Shown: piece by piece, positions 17,384 to 26,939 of the stretch
Layout: each line of letters begins with the position of its first letter
How positions within the stretch are numbered: the stretch's first letter is position 1
Assembly (NCBI GenBank): GCA_965220345.1
Contig: OZ244822.1
Span: 2,059,935-2,123,934, forward strand
Origin: Candidatus Aldehydirespirator sp.
GTDB lineage: Bacteria; Actinomycetota; Acidimicrobiia; Acidimicrobiales; Aldehydirespiratoraceae
Reading direction: 5' to 3'
Length of the DNA: 64,000 nucleotides
Program-made: the position numbers and the translations under genes
The notes under the pieces: model-generated
Databases searched by the model: none
Told to the model about the DNA's origin: nothing
The model's input: only the letters and a program-made list of their open reading frames with translations

Positions 17384-18760
17384 CTAAATCTCTTGGAGGG
17401 CTTTGGTTATGTCTACTACTGCTTGACGGCCGTCGCCGAAGAGCATCAGCGAGTTGTCGCTTGCGAACAGCGGGTTGGGGATGCCTGCGAAGCCTGGGCT
17501 GAGGCTGCGCTTGATGATCACCACAACCCCAGACTTGTCAACATCAAGGATTGGCATTCCGGCGATCGGACTGTTCGGGTCGGTGCGTGCCACAGGGTTA
17601 ACCACGTCGTTGGCACCAATTACGATGGTCACATCGGTCTGCTCGAAGGTCGGGTTTATGTCGTCCATTTCCACCAGCCGCTCATAAGAGATTTCGGCTT
17701 CGGCTAGTAGCACGTTCATGTGGCCAGGCATACGACCCGCCACTGGATGAATACCGAATACCACGTCGCTGCCACGCTCTTCGAGGCGTTTTGTCAGGTC
17801 ACGAACAGCGTGCTGCGCTTGAGCCACCGCCAGCCCGTATCCGGGCACGATGGCGACACGTTCAGCGGATTCCAGCAGCATTGCCACATCATCAGCAGAC
17901 GTGGAACGCACCTTGCCTGCGTAAACATCATCAGCGCTAGGGCCATCACCTGCTGACGGTGCTGGATTGAACAGCACAGCGGGCAGTGACCGGTTCATAG
18001 CTACGCACATGATCTGAGTCAGGATTAGACCGCTGGCACCCACCAGCGATCCAGCGATTATCAGTAGCGAGTTGTCAAGCACGAAACCAGCTGCGACCGC
18101 CGCCAAACCCGAAAGTGAGTTCAACAAAGCGATCACCACCGGCATGTCGGCACCGCCGATTGGTAGCACCGTCACAACTCCAAGCAGCGCCGCGACTGCC
18201 ACCAGCAGCCACAGCCAAAGAGAACCCGAATCGACCACCGTCAGCACCGCCAGCACTGAGGCTGCAGCTGTGGAACCAATAGTCAGAATACGCATGCCTG
18301 GGAAACCCGACCAGCGCAGCATCTCGCGCAACTTGAAGAAGGCGATCAGGCTGCCGGTCAAAGTCACTGCACCGATCAGAACCGCTAGCGCGGCTGCGCC
18401 TGTCAGTCGTGCCGGGTCGTCTTGAAGGTCAACAGCCTCTAGGTATGAAGCCGCTGCGACTAGTACCGAGGCACCACCACCAAAACCGTTGAATAGTGCC
18501 ACCAGTTCGGGCATGGCGGTCATCTGCACCTTCACCGCCAGCAATGCGCCGATAGCGGAACCAAGCACTAGTCCAGCGATGATCCACTCGAAACTCAAAA
18601 TGGCGTTGTCAGCGAGGGTTACCACCACAGCAATCAGCATTCCTGTAGCCGAAAACTGGTTGCCTCGAACCGCTGTGCGGGGACGGCTTAGCCGTTTGAG
18701 GCCAAGAATGAACAAAACGGCTGCTATCAAATAGCCGAGGATTGTCCAGTCATCCATCAC
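17384..18760 (-). CDS. pntB: NAD(P) transhydrogenase subunit beta
   Basis: N-terminal membrane domain ILGYLIAAVLFILGLKRLS and the C-terminal dIII NADP-binding region. Confidence 0.92.
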   Translation of the reverse strand: MMDDWTILGYLIAAVLFILGLKRLSRPRTAVRGNQFSATGMLIAVVVTLADNAILSFEWIIAGLVLGSAIGALLAVKVQMTAMPELVALFNGFGGGASVLVAAASYLEAVDLQDDPARLTGAAALAVLIGAVTLTGSLIAFFKLREMLRWSGFPGMRILTIGSTAAASVLAVLTVVDSGSLWLWLLVAVAALLGVVTVLPIGGADMPVVIALLNSLSGLAAVAAGFVLDNSLLIIAGSLVGASGLILTQIMCVAMNRSLPAVLFNPAPSAGDGPSADDVYAGKVRSTSADDVAMLLESAERVAIVPGYGLAVAQAQHAVRDLTKRLEERGSDVVFGIHPVAGRMPGHMNVLLAEAEISYERLVEMDDINPTFEQTDVTIVIGANDVVNPVARTDPNSPIAGMPILDVDKSGVVVIIKRSLSPGFAGIPNPLFASDNSLMLFGDGRQAVVDITKALQEI

Positions 18761-19083
18761 GAACTGCCTGAGGTATTGGCTGCGGTTTCGCTGTTGGAGT
18801 TGCGGCGACGTGTGCGACGGAACATGCCAAGCATCCGATGGGTGACCATGAACCCGCCCACCACGTTGATCATCGCCAAAGTCACCGCTGCGAACCCGAG
18901 AATCGTGGTGAAGGTGCTGTGATCGGCGCCTGCGGCTACTAACGCGCCGACAATGGTGATGCCAGAAATAGCGTTAGAGCCTGACATCAGTGGCGTGTGC
19001 AAAGTCGGTGGCACTTTGGTGATCAATTCGATCCCCAAAAACACCGCCAGCATGAGCAGAGTCAGAGCTACCAGAAGATCCAT
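18757..19083 (-). CDS. pntA: NAD(P) transhydrogenase subunit alpha part 2
   Basis: 108-aa membrane protein with HTPLMSGSNAISGITIVGA. Overlaps both neighbouring pnt genes at start and stop. Confidence 0.9.
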   Translation of the reverse strand: MDLLVALTLLMLAVFLGIELITKVPPTLHTPLMSGSNAISGITIVGALVAAGADHSTFTTILGFAAVTLAMINVVGGFMVTHRMLGMFRRTRRRNSNSETAANTSGSS

Positions 19084-20372
19084 CAGCTTTGCGCCTCCTG
19101 CGACTCATCTGCGCCCTGTGTCGCAGATACGGTTTTCGCCTCTCGTGATTCGTCTGCGGTCTGTGTTTCAGGCGTGACTTGCGTGTCTTGGGGTTGCTGT
19201 TGCGGCTGCAAGGCTGCGGCTACGCCTTGATGCACTACCTCACCGTTTTGTGTCACCAGCATGGCCGACAGGATCTCGTCGTCTTGCAAGTCGCTGCGCG
19301 GGCCTGCGGCAGCATCGGGCGCAAGATGATTCAGGAACGCGGTCAGCGCGCGAGAGAACATCTGGCTCGCATGGCGAGCGCAGCGTGACACCAGATCTGT
19401 GGGTGCCAGAATGGTCACACCGTTGTGGTTGACCTCGGTATCGGGCTGGCTCAGTTCGCAGTTGCCGCCTCGTTCAGCAGCTAGATCTACAAGTACCGAA
19501 CCTGCCACCATTTCTTGCATCATTGCCTCGGTCACAAGCAGTGGCGAGGCGCGCCCAGGAACGGCTGCAGTGGTGATTACCACATCGCTGGCAGCGACAT
19601 AAGGGGTCAGCAGCTGCCTTTGACGTTGCGCGGTGTCGTCGGTTTGGGCGCGGGCGTAGCCGCCGGAATCCTCGCTGGAGGCAGCATTGCTAGAGCCTGC
19701 TGACAAGTCGAGTTCCACCGCACGCGCACCCATAGAACGGATCTGCTCCAAAGCCGCAGGCCGCACATCGTAAGCCTCAACCACGGCACCGAGGCGCCGA
19801 GCGGTGGCGATGGCCTGCAATCCAGCAACGCCTGCGCCTAGCACCAGCACCCGTGCCGGTGCCAGAGTGCCGGTGGCGGTCATCATCAGTGGAAACATTT
19901 GCGGTAGACGACTCGCAGCCAGAAGAACTGACTCATAACCGGCGATGGTGCCCATAGCAGAAAGCACATCCATGCTCTGAGCACGAGTGATGCGCGGCAC
20001 CAGATCCAAAGAGAACGAGCAGACACCGTCGGCAGCGTGACGATGCGCACGCTGAGGTGCCCAAAGCGGATCGAAAACCCCCACAAAAATCGCTGGAGTT
20101 CCAGCGCTCGGCTGTAGCGCATCACTTTGGGGCAGGTCGGCCACCGAAACGACCACATCAGCTGTAAGCACCTCGTCACGTCCGCTCAGAGTCGCGCCAG
20201 CGTCGTGGTAAGCGCTGTCAGGAATTGAGGCGCGTTCACCTGCACCAGACTCGACCAGCACCACTGTGGTAGAGGAGTCGTCACGCTGGATCAGCGATGC
20301 GACACCATCGGGAACGAGAGCCACACGCTTCTCGCTCGGATTGGATTCCCGAAGCAGTCCCAAGCGCACCAA
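19083..20372 (-). CDS. pntA: NAD(P) transhydrogenase subunit alpha part 1, with a Q/E/T-rich C-terminal extension
   Basis: EKRVALVPDGV and Rossmann VLGAGVAGLQAIATARRLGA. The ~45-aa low-complexity tail is QPQQQPQDTQVTPETQTADESREAK... Confidence 0.9.
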   Translation of the reverse strand: MVRLGLLRESNPSEKRVALVPDGVASLIQRDDSSTTVVLVESGAGERASIPDSAYHDAGATLSGRDEVLTADVVVSVADLPQSDALQPSAGTPAIFVGVFDPLWAPQRAHRHAADGVCSFSLDLVPRITRAQSMDVLSAMGTIAGYESVLLAASRLPQMFPLMMTATGTLAPARVLVLGAGVAGLQAIATARRLGAVVEAYDVRPAALEQIRSMGARAVELDLSAGSSNAASSEDSGGYARAQTDDTAQRQRQLLTPYVAASDVVITTAAVPGRASPLLVTEAMMQEMVAGSVLVDLAAERGGNCELSQPDTEVNHNGVTILAPTDLVSRCARHASQMFSRALTAFLNHLAPDAAAGPRSDLQDDEILSAMLVTQNGEVVHQGVAAALQPQQQPQDTQVTPETQTADESREAKTVSATQGADESQEAQS

Positions 20373-20457
20373 AACAACAGGCTAGCGCCAGACGGGCACT
20401 TGAGCGTGCCTATGGGTGTGGAGCATAAGCAATGGTCAGCCTGCGCTGCGTATCCTG

Positions 20458-22122
20458 ATGCTTCATTACTATGAGAGATCTACTTTGACCAGCATCATCC
20501 ACCGCAGCCCGCTTCCCGACGTGGTGATCCCTGATCTGTCGATCACCGATTATGTCTTCGCATCGGTCGCGCAGCACGGCGACAAGGTGGCTGTCACCGA
20601 CGGCACTGGCATCAGCTACACCTTCGGCGAGCTTCACGACGCGCTGCGCCGACTCGGCGGAGGATTGCAAGCCCAAGGCGTGGGTTCGGGTGCCACTCTC
20701 GCCATCCTTGCCCCGAACATCCCCGAATACGCCTTGGTGTTCCACGCAGTGGCGCTCGCAGGCGGCACGGTCACAACCATCAACCCCACATACCGAACCG
20801 AAGAGGTGAGCCATCAGCTCAACGATGCTGGAGCTTCATGGATCTTCACCATCCCAATGTTTTTGGATACCGCACGCAAAGCCGCAGCCGCGAGCGGCGT
20901 GACCCGAATCGTTGTGATAGGCGAAACGCCAAAAACGCCCGAGACGGCTCTTGAGGCTGATGCGACTTTTGCAGAAGATACGACTAACGCTGACGACACG
21001 GGTGCAGCAAGTGAAGTAACCGTCGTGGAGTTGGCCTCGCTGTTCGGTGAACCGATTTCGCAGGTGCCGATTGACTATGCCGATCATGTTGTTGTGCTGC
21101 CGTATTCGTCGGGCACCACCGGGCTGCCCAAAGGCGTGATGCTCACTCATCGCAATCTGGTAGCCAATATCGCCCAACTTGAGCACGCATTCGATCCATC
21201 CAGAGGCGAAGCGGCTCTGGCGGTGCTGCCTTTCTTTCACATCTACGGGATGCAAGTGGTGATGAACATGCTGCTAGCGCTGGGAATACGTGTGGTAACC
21301 ATGCCCCGCTTCGACATGGTGCGCGCACTGGAACTGGTGCAACAGCAGCGACTGACCAGGTTCTTCGCAGTGCCGCCGATGGTGCTGGGCTTGGCTCGAC
21401 ATCCCGCAGTGGACGACTACGACCTGTCGTCGCTCAAGCAGATCTTCTCGGGGGCGGCACCCCTCGGCAAAGACCTTGCTGCTGAAGCGGCCGCTCGGGT
21501 GGGCTGCGAAATAGTGCAGGGCTATGGCATGACCGAGTTGAGTCCGGTCAGCCATTGCACGCCCGAGGGACAGTTCCGCCCCGGCACCAGCGGCGTGACC
21601 GTATCGAATACCGAGATACGCATCGTTGATCCTGACACGGGCGCTGACTTAGGCATCGGCGAACGTGGTGAACTGCTAGTGAGAGGCCCGCAAGTAATGA
21701 AGGGCTATCTCAACGACCCAGAAGCCACCACCGCGACTCTCGACGCTGACGGCTGGTTGCACACCGGCGACGTGGCGATAATCGACGAGCATCAGCATGT
21801 GTCGATAGTTGACCGCATTAAGGAACTAATCAAATACAAAGGCTTCCAAGTGCCCCCGGCGGAACTCGAAGCGGTGCTGGTGACTCATCCGGCTGTGGCG
21901 GACGCAGCTGTGATCGGCGTGCCCGACCTGGAGGCGGGGGAGTTACCGAAGGCTTTCATCGCTTTGTCGCCTGGTATGGCTGCGCCCAGCTTGGAGGCAC
22001 TGCAAGAGCATGTGTCAAAGCATCTAGCCACCTACAAGCAGATACATGCTCTGGAAGTGTTGGACGCAATACCCAAGAGTGCCTCAGGCAAAATCCTGCG
22101 ACGTGAACTGCGTGACCACTAG
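20458..22122 (+). CDS. AMP-dependent acyl-CoA synthetase/ligase (4-coumarate-CoA ligase-like)
   Basis: LPYSSGTTGLPKGV AMP-binding motif, GYGMTE, and C-terminal SASGKILRREL. Start is ATG 20458, or TTG a few codons later. Confidence 0.85.
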   Translation: MLHYYERSTLTSIIHRSPLPDVVIPDLSITDYVFASVAQHGDKVAVTDGTGISYTFGELHDALRRLGGGLQAQGVGSGATLAILAPNIPEYALVFHAVALAGGTVTTINPTYRTEEVSHQLNDAGASWIFTIPMFLDTARKAAAASGVTRIVVIGETPKTPETALEADATFAEDTTNADDTGAASEVTVVELASLFGEPISQVPIDYADHVVVLPYSSGTTGLPKGVMLTHRNLVANIAQLEHAFDPSRGEAALAVLPFFHIYGMQVVMNMLLALGIRVVTMPRFDMVRALELVQQQRLTRFFAVPPMVLGLARHPAVDDYDLSSLKQIFSGAAPLGKDLAAEAAARVGCEIVQGYGMTELSPVSHCTPEGQFRPGTSGVTVSNTEIRIVDPDTGADLGIGERGELLVRGPQVMKGYLNDPEATTATLDADGWLHTGDVAIIDEHQHVSIVDRIKELIKYKGFQVPPAELEAVLVTHPAVADAAVIGVPDLEAGELPKAFIALSPGMAAPSLEALQEHVSKHLATYKQIHALEVLDAIPKSASGKILRRELRDH

Positions 22123-22140
22123 CAGGGCACACTGCGTGTT

Positions 22141-22806
22141 ATGAGCGAGCCGTTTGTTTTTGGGGTTGACCTTGACGGAGTGGTCGCCGACTACACCACG
22201 GGTTTCGCAAAGTTCATTGCTGGTGAGCGGGGCGTGGAAACTTCATCGCTACCGATAGAGCGATCCTATGACTTTCGTGAATGGGGGCTAGAGCCAGGCG
22301 AGTATGAGCGTTATCACGGCCTTGCTGTCAGCGAGCATCGGCTGCTAGCAAAACTGGATGCCATTGAGGGCGCAGCCGAAGTTTTGTGGAGGCTCTCAGA
22401 TGCTGGGGTTTGGATTCGGATAATCACTCATCGCTTGTATGTCAACTGGGGTCACGCCGAAGCCGTGGCTGACACTGTGCAATGGTTAGATGCTGAACAG
22501 ATCCCTTATCGTGACATCTGTTTTTTGGGGCAGAAGCCTGAAGTTGAAGCCGACTGTTACGTTGATGATGCTCCCCACAACATTGCTGCACTGCGAGCGG
22601 GCGGCAACGACGTGATCGTGTTTGATCAGCCTTACAACCGTGACGAAGCCGAGCCGAGAGCGCAAGACTGGACACAAGTTGAGCAGCTAGTAATGGAACG
22701 CCTCACGGTTTGGCGTGGTGACGCTGGCGTGCAGCCGCAATTCCCAGGGATTGATGCCGGGACGGATCGTCTGACGCTGCGTCGTTCAAGCTTGCAGGAT
22801 TTGTGA
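22141..22806 (+). CDS. HAD-family 5'(3')-nucleotidase (NT5C-like)
   Basis: FGVDLDGVVADY (DxDG nucleophile motif) and a later DD motif; 221 aa. Confidence 0.65.
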   Translation: MSEPFVFGVDLDGVVADYTTGFAKFIAGERGVETSSLPIERSYDFREWGLEPGEYERYHGLAVSEHRLLAKLDAIEGAAEVLWRLSDAGVWIRIITHRLYVNWGHAEAVADTVQWLDAEQIPYRDICFLGQKPEVEADCYVDDAPHNIAALRAGGNDVIVFDQPYNRDEAEPRAQDWTQVEQLVMERLTVWRGDAGVQPQFPGIDAGTDRLTLRRSSLQDL

Positions 22807-23847
22807 CGGCGAAAGATTCGCTGGTATTTCGCTTATGCTGATCTCGGTGCCGTTGCGTTGAATCGACAATGCTGCAGCTGCCGAAATAGCCAATGCCGAT
22901 GAAGCCATACTGAGATCCGGCCAAGCTTTTGTTTGCCCGCAGCTGACCTTCACAAGATTCTCAATCTGGGTCACGTATCCCAAAGCGATCAGAGGATTCG
23001 CGCCTAAGTTGGCGCGGCGGAACTGATTGTCGGGCAGAGAGTCTGGAATCCCGTTGATCTCAACAACAGGTGTCGGCCAGATATTCACCCGAGCCACCTG
23101 CTGGATGTCGGCAGCTTCGAAAGAAGCTTGAGCAACGCTAGCCCCCCAACGCAGCACAGCGGAGGCCTGACGGTCGTTGGCGCCTTGAATCGTTACGTCA
23201 GCAGCACAGTCGATTGCGTTGTTGAGTTCAAAGCGTGGCACCGACACCGACACAGCATCGCTACCCAGTGCAGTCAGCAGCACCGGCCAGAACCCAGGGG
23301 TTTGATCCATCAACACGCCACCACCGAAGGCAAGTTGATCGCTAGCACCGCGCGCCGGTGTCGGCAACGACAAGCGCATCTGCAAGTGATGCGGATTCAT
23401 GGTGGAAATCACCTCAAGCATCCGCTTCACAGCCGCTGCGTGCAATAGATGTGCTGCGCTCATTATTTGGCGTATCTGGTGTTCAGCTATCTGGTGTTCA
23501 GCTATCTGGTGTTCATCAAACACTGCTGGTAGTTCTGTGATCGCATCCAGAGTGGTGGCTGCGGGTGACTCAATCAGCACCGCTTTCAGTTTTGTTGACG
23601 CAGACAGTTCGCGCAGTATCTCGGCTCGTGTCAAAGGGGGAGCGGCAACCACCGCCGCATCGCAGACTTGCAGCAACTGTGGCACGGTCAGCACTCGGCA
23701 TCTCAGCGCCTCAGCCAGCGCTGCTGCTCTCGGCGAGTCGGGTGAACGTGCAGCCACGCCCGCTAGTCGGGTGTCGGGCGTGGCGCGGATTGCTTCGGCG
23801 TGCAGGGTGGCGGCGCGACCTGCACCGATTATGCCAATCGTGGTCAT
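22786..23847 (-). CDS. Gfo/Idh/MocA-family oxidoreductase
   Basis: MTTIGIIGAGRAATLHAEAI Rossmann N-terminus from ATG 23847. The 3' end overlaps the convergent nucleotidase gene by 21 nt. Confidence 0.75.
   Translation of the reverse strand: MTTIGIIGAGRAATLHAEAIRATPDTRLAGVAARSPDSPRAAALAEALRCRVLTVPQLLQVCDAAVVAAPPLTRAEILRELSASTKLKAVLIESPAATTLDAITELPAVFDEHQIAEHQIAEHQIRQIMSAAHLLHAAAVKRMLEVISTMNPHHLQMRLSLPTPARGASDQLAFGGGVLMDQTPGFWPVLLTALGSDAVSVSVPRFELNNAIDCAADVTIQGANDRQASAVLRWGASVAQASFEAADIQQVARVNIWPTPVVEINGIPDSLPDNQFRRANLGANPLIALGYVTQIENLVKVSCGQTKAWPDLSMASSALAISAAAALSIQRNGTEISISEIPANLSPSQILQA
23474..23515. repeat. 15-bp in-frame tandem repeat x2.8 (ATCTGGTGTTCAGCT) inside the oxidoreductase gene
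   Basis: Encodes EHQIAEHQIAEHQI on the minus strand; units at 23474, 23489 and 23504. Confidence 0.9.
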
Positions 23848-24622
23848 TGCTGCAATAATCCTAAGAATAGACGCACAGCAAGCTTCCTCATCCAGCTCAT
23901 CTGGCGACACAGCGCAGCTTCATCCGCTGCTTGAGTTGCAGGAGATTGATACCCAAACCGACCAGCTTCTGCATAAGCGCTCCACTCTTGGGGCGCGTCA
24001 GAGTCTGGCGACATTGAGAGCCGAACAGCAGAACCTTCAGAACCAGCTTGACGGTGTGGGAATGCAACGGGTGGAGGTGCTCACCCGTCAGAAACGTTTG
24101 GAGGATGAAGCCGCGATTGTTCGAAGCAAAGCCGATGTTGACGACAACCGACTCTACTCTGGTGAAATCACTGCGATCCGTGACTTGCAGGCGATGCAAG
24201 ATGAGATCACGGGCCTGCGGTCACGCCAGAGCCTGCTGGAGGAACAAGCGATTGAGGCTTTGCTAGAGGCTGAAGGTTTAGAAAAACAAGCCCAGAAGTT
24301 GCAACAACAAAAAGACTCTGGTGATGAGCGCTTGACTGTTATCGAAGCTGAACTGGGTGCCGCCGAAGCAGACATTGATGAGCAGATCGCTGAGTTGGCC
24401 GTCAAACGTGCTCAGATCACCAGCTGCATTGAGGACGCGGTGATTGCTAGCTATGAGCAGCTGCGTGAAACTTTCGGCTCAAGCGCAGCCGTGAGGTTCG
24501 ATCCTACTTCAGGCTGCGGATGTCCGCAAGACATGCCTGCTGTGGAAGTGGCTCGCATCAAACGCTGTGACGAAGGAGCGGTGCTCGACTGCAGCGAATG
24601 CGGTCGCTTAGTGCTGCGCTAG
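23831..24622 (+). CDS. COG1579-type coiled-coil / C4 zinc-ribbon protein; start uncertain
   Basis: LLELQEIDTQTDQL..., long coiled coil, and C-terminal CGC...CSECGRL zinc ribbon. The 407-aa ORF-track call is an antisense read-through of the oxidoreductase gene. Confidence 0.7.
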   Translation: MPIVVIAAIILRIDAQQASSSSSSGDTAQLHPLLELQEIDTQTDQLLHKRSTLGARQSLATLRAEQQNLQNQLDGVGMQRVEVLTRQKRLEDEAAIVRSKADVDDNRLYSGEITAIRDLQAMQDEITGLRSRQSLLEEQAIEALLEAEGLEKQAQKLQQQKDSGDERLTVIEAELGAAEADIDEQIAELAVKRAQITSCIEDAVIASYEQLRETFGSSAAVRFDPTSGCGCPQDMPAVEVARIKRCDEGAVLDCSECGRLVLR

Positions 24623-24702
24623 GGCCAACCCTCTTCGGTGTTACGAGGCCGCTGCCGAGGAACCGTTTCCAACGCCGAAACAAGCGCATTTGCCAAACCG
24701 CC

Positions 24703-24794
24703 GAAAACTGTAGGCCAAATCTCTAGAAAACTGTAGGACAAATCCATCGAAAACTGTAGGATAGATCCGCAGAAAACTGTAGGTTGAACCTGGA
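24703..24794. repeat. Array of four 23-bp tandem direct repeats with an invariant 12-mer GAAAACTGTAGG
   Basis: Cores at 24703, 24726, 24749 and 24772 (exact period 23). The 11-nt remainder of each unit is variable. Confidence 0.95.
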
Positions 24795-24895
24795 TATAGC
24801 CATAAAAAAAGCTTGGCTGCTAAGCATGGCGAGACGCTTCTTTGGGCGATTAGCGCTTGTAGCAACGGCGACTGCTGGCGTTACTGTGAGTTCAG

Positions 24896-25381
24896 ATGTT
24901 TTTTTGGTTCGTGGCTTGCTCGGTGGTGATGGTGTCTCTGGTGTTTGACAGTAGCGGCGTGGACTACCGCTTCGTGGCGTTGGGGTCGGTTCTGCCGCTG
25001 GTTGAGAATCTCACAGGGTCACCGTGGCTGCTGCATACTTTAGCTGCGAGTGTGGCAGCGCTTCTTGGTGTGATGCTCTTCACAGCTCGGCGTGGCGCGA
25101 AGTTGCGAAGACGTCGTTGGATCGGGCTGCCTATCGGCATGATGGTTTTTTTGGCTGCTGGTGGGGTCTGGTCGCACACGGCTCTTTTCTGGTGGCCCTT
25201 TAGCGGTATTGACGCTCTCGGCCAGGGTGCATCACCCGAATATGACCGCCCTTTGGTGGTCTTGATCGGTTTGGAACTGCTGGGATTGTTGGCGTTGCTT
25301 TGGATCGCTCGCCGCCACGGCTTGTCTGATCCGCAGCGTCGTCAAGTGCTGTATTACAGCGGTCGCCTCACCTTGCGCTAG
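24896..25381 (+). CDS. Integral membrane protein, function unknown
   Basis: 161 aa with about 4-5 hydrophobic segments. No motif recognised. Confidence 0.5.
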   Translation: MFFWFVACSVVMVSLVFDSSGVDYRFVALGSVLPLVENLTGSPWLLHTLAASVAALLGVMLFTARRGAKLRRRRWIGLPIGMMVFLAAGGVWSHTALFWWPFSGIDALGQGASPEYDRPLVVLIGLELLGLLALLWIARRHGLSDPQRRQVLYYSGRLTLR

Positions 25382-25414
25382 CTTGATTCTGAGATTTCTT
25401 ATGTTGTGGAGTGT

Positions 25415-25764
25415 GGTGACGGGGGCTGGTCTGTAGGCGGGATTCTGTCCGGGAGCCTGTCGCCAGGGTCTCCGTGGATGACCATCCATCTATGCGATCT
25501 ACCCGAGAGTGTCTGCGGACGGGCCGTCCTCTCTCTGCTTGATCTTGCTCCAGGTGGGGTTTACCCTGCCACTCTGGTCACCCAGAGCGCGGTGCGCTCT
25601 TACCGCACCTTTTCACCCTTACCGGCAAGCCGGCGGTTTGTTTTCTGTGGCACTTTCCTGCGAGTCGCCTCGACTGGCTGTTAGCCAGCACCTTGCCCTG
25701 CGGAGTCCCGACCTTCCTCGACCCGCCGAAGCGGACCGCGGCCATCCAACCTGCCCCCGTCACC
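25415..25764 (-). ncRNA. rnpB: RNase P RNA (bacterial type A)
   Basis: The reverse complement carries GAGGAAGGTCGGGACTCC (P4 5' strand), AGTGCCACAGAAAACAAACCGCC, GGTAAGGGTGAAAAGGTGCGGTAAGAGCGCACCG and ACAGAATCCCGCCTA. P1 pairs GGTGACGGGGGCAGG with CCAGCCCCCGTCACC. Ends are accurate to about 10 nt. Confidence 0.88.
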
Positions 25765-25854
25765 GGTTTCAGGCTAGAGCCATACGAAAGCCCCTGCTTC
25801 GGATGCAGCATCAACTCATCAAGGCAGACCTTCGCGCAGGGTTAGCCTGATGTC

Positions 25855-26892
25855 ATGGTCACGCTTGCAAACCACGGTGGATGGCCCGGAGTTCTTGAAA
25901 CTCTGGCGAGCGGCGGTGATCTCACTGCCGATATGGCTCAGGCAGCACTCGGTTCAATCCTTGCAGGACAAGCAGCCGACACTCAAGCAGCTGCGTTCGT
26001 CATGGCCTTACGCCTAAAAGGGCTAACAGCAGAAGAGTTCTTAGGTTTAGTGACTGCGATGCGCCAAGCCGCAACCCCGTTAAGCGTTCCTGAACACACT
26101 GTTGACATTGTTGGCACCGGTGGCACCAGCGTTCGCAAGACTCATGCTTTGAACGTGTCAACAATGGCCTGTTTCGTGGCCGCAGGTGCTGGCACCACAA
26201 TCTGCAAGCACGGCAACGTCAAAGCGTCATCCACGTCGGGCAGTTTCGATCTATTGGATGCCCTAGGAGTGCCGCTCACGGCCACCCCCGAGCAGGTGTC
26301 AGAGATGGTGCGAATACACGGGCTGGGTTTCGCTTTCGCTAAAACTTTTCACCCAGCCATTCGTAATGCCGCACAGATGCGCTCAGAGTTGGGTATTCCC
26401 ACGGTGTTCAACCTGCTCGGCCCGCTGTCGCATCCGGGTCGTGTGAAACGCCAAGTGCTGGGCGTAGCCGATGAGTCTCTGGGCTCAATGATGGCTGAAG
26501 TGTTGCAAGCCACGGGTTCGGTGCAATCACTCGTAGTGAACGGCAACGGCCAATTCGATGAGTTCACCACAACCGGAACTAACCGTGTGTGGGAACTGAA
26601 GGAGGGTTTGATCAGCGAATATCAGATGCGTGCCGAAGATGTTGGTTTGCGGTCGTCGGCGCTACAACAGCTTCAAGGTGGTGGCCCCGCCGCTAATGCT
26701 CGCATCCTTAAGTCTGTCTTGGTGGGTGAAGCCAGTCCTTACCGTGACATCGTGGTGTTTAACGCTGCTGCTGCGTTGTATGTATCGGGTCACGCTGCGG
26801 ACCTTGCAGAAGGTGTGCTAGCTGCTGAAGCTGCCATTGACGACGGAAGAGCCGCAGCCAAGCTCCAAGCTGTCACAACGCAGCCGTCGTAG
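25855..26892 (+). CDS. trpD: Anthranilate phosphoribosyltransferase
   Basis: AAFVMALRLKG.T.EE and VDIVGTGG motifs; 345 aa. Confidence 0.92.
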   Translation: MVTLANHGGWPGVLETLASGGDLTADMAQAALGSILAGQAADTQAAAFVMALRLKGLTAEEFLGLVTAMRQAATPLSVPEHTVDIVGTGGTSVRKTHALNVSTMACFVAAGAGTTICKHGNVKASSTSGSFDLLDALGVPLTATPEQVSEMVRIHGLGFAFAKTFHPAIRNAAQMRSELGIPTVFNLLGPLSHPGRVKRQVLGVADESLGSMMAEVLQATGSVQSLVVNGNGQFDEFTTTGTNRVWELKEGLISEYQMRAEDVGLRSSALQQLQGGGPAANARILKSVLVGEASPYRDIVVFNAAAALYVSGHAADLAEGVLAAEAAIDDGRAAAKLQAVTTQPS

Positions 26893-26939
26893 CATCGTTC
26901 AGTCACTCACGTTCCTTCACGGTTAAGCCTTTCGTCAAG

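Noticed and set aside
23399-23830. The N-terminal 144 codons of the 407-aa plus-strand ORF
   Set aside because: This part runs antisense through the Gfo/Idh/MocA gene and is low-complexity (Ala/Ser/Arg-rich). Only the C-terminal ~240-260 aa matches the COG1579 coiled-coil/zinc-ribbon protein.
24703-24794. The 23-bp repeat array as a possible mini-CRISPR
   Set aside because: The units are directly abutting, with no unique spacers of CRISPR length. The repeat is too short, and there are no cas genes in the window.
25406-25850. Plus-strand ORFs of 92 and 113 aa and a minus-strand ORF of 78 aa
   Set aside because: They overlap RNase P RNA, which is identified on the minus strand by several universally conserved segments. 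The ORFs are chance open frames in structured GC-rich RNA.
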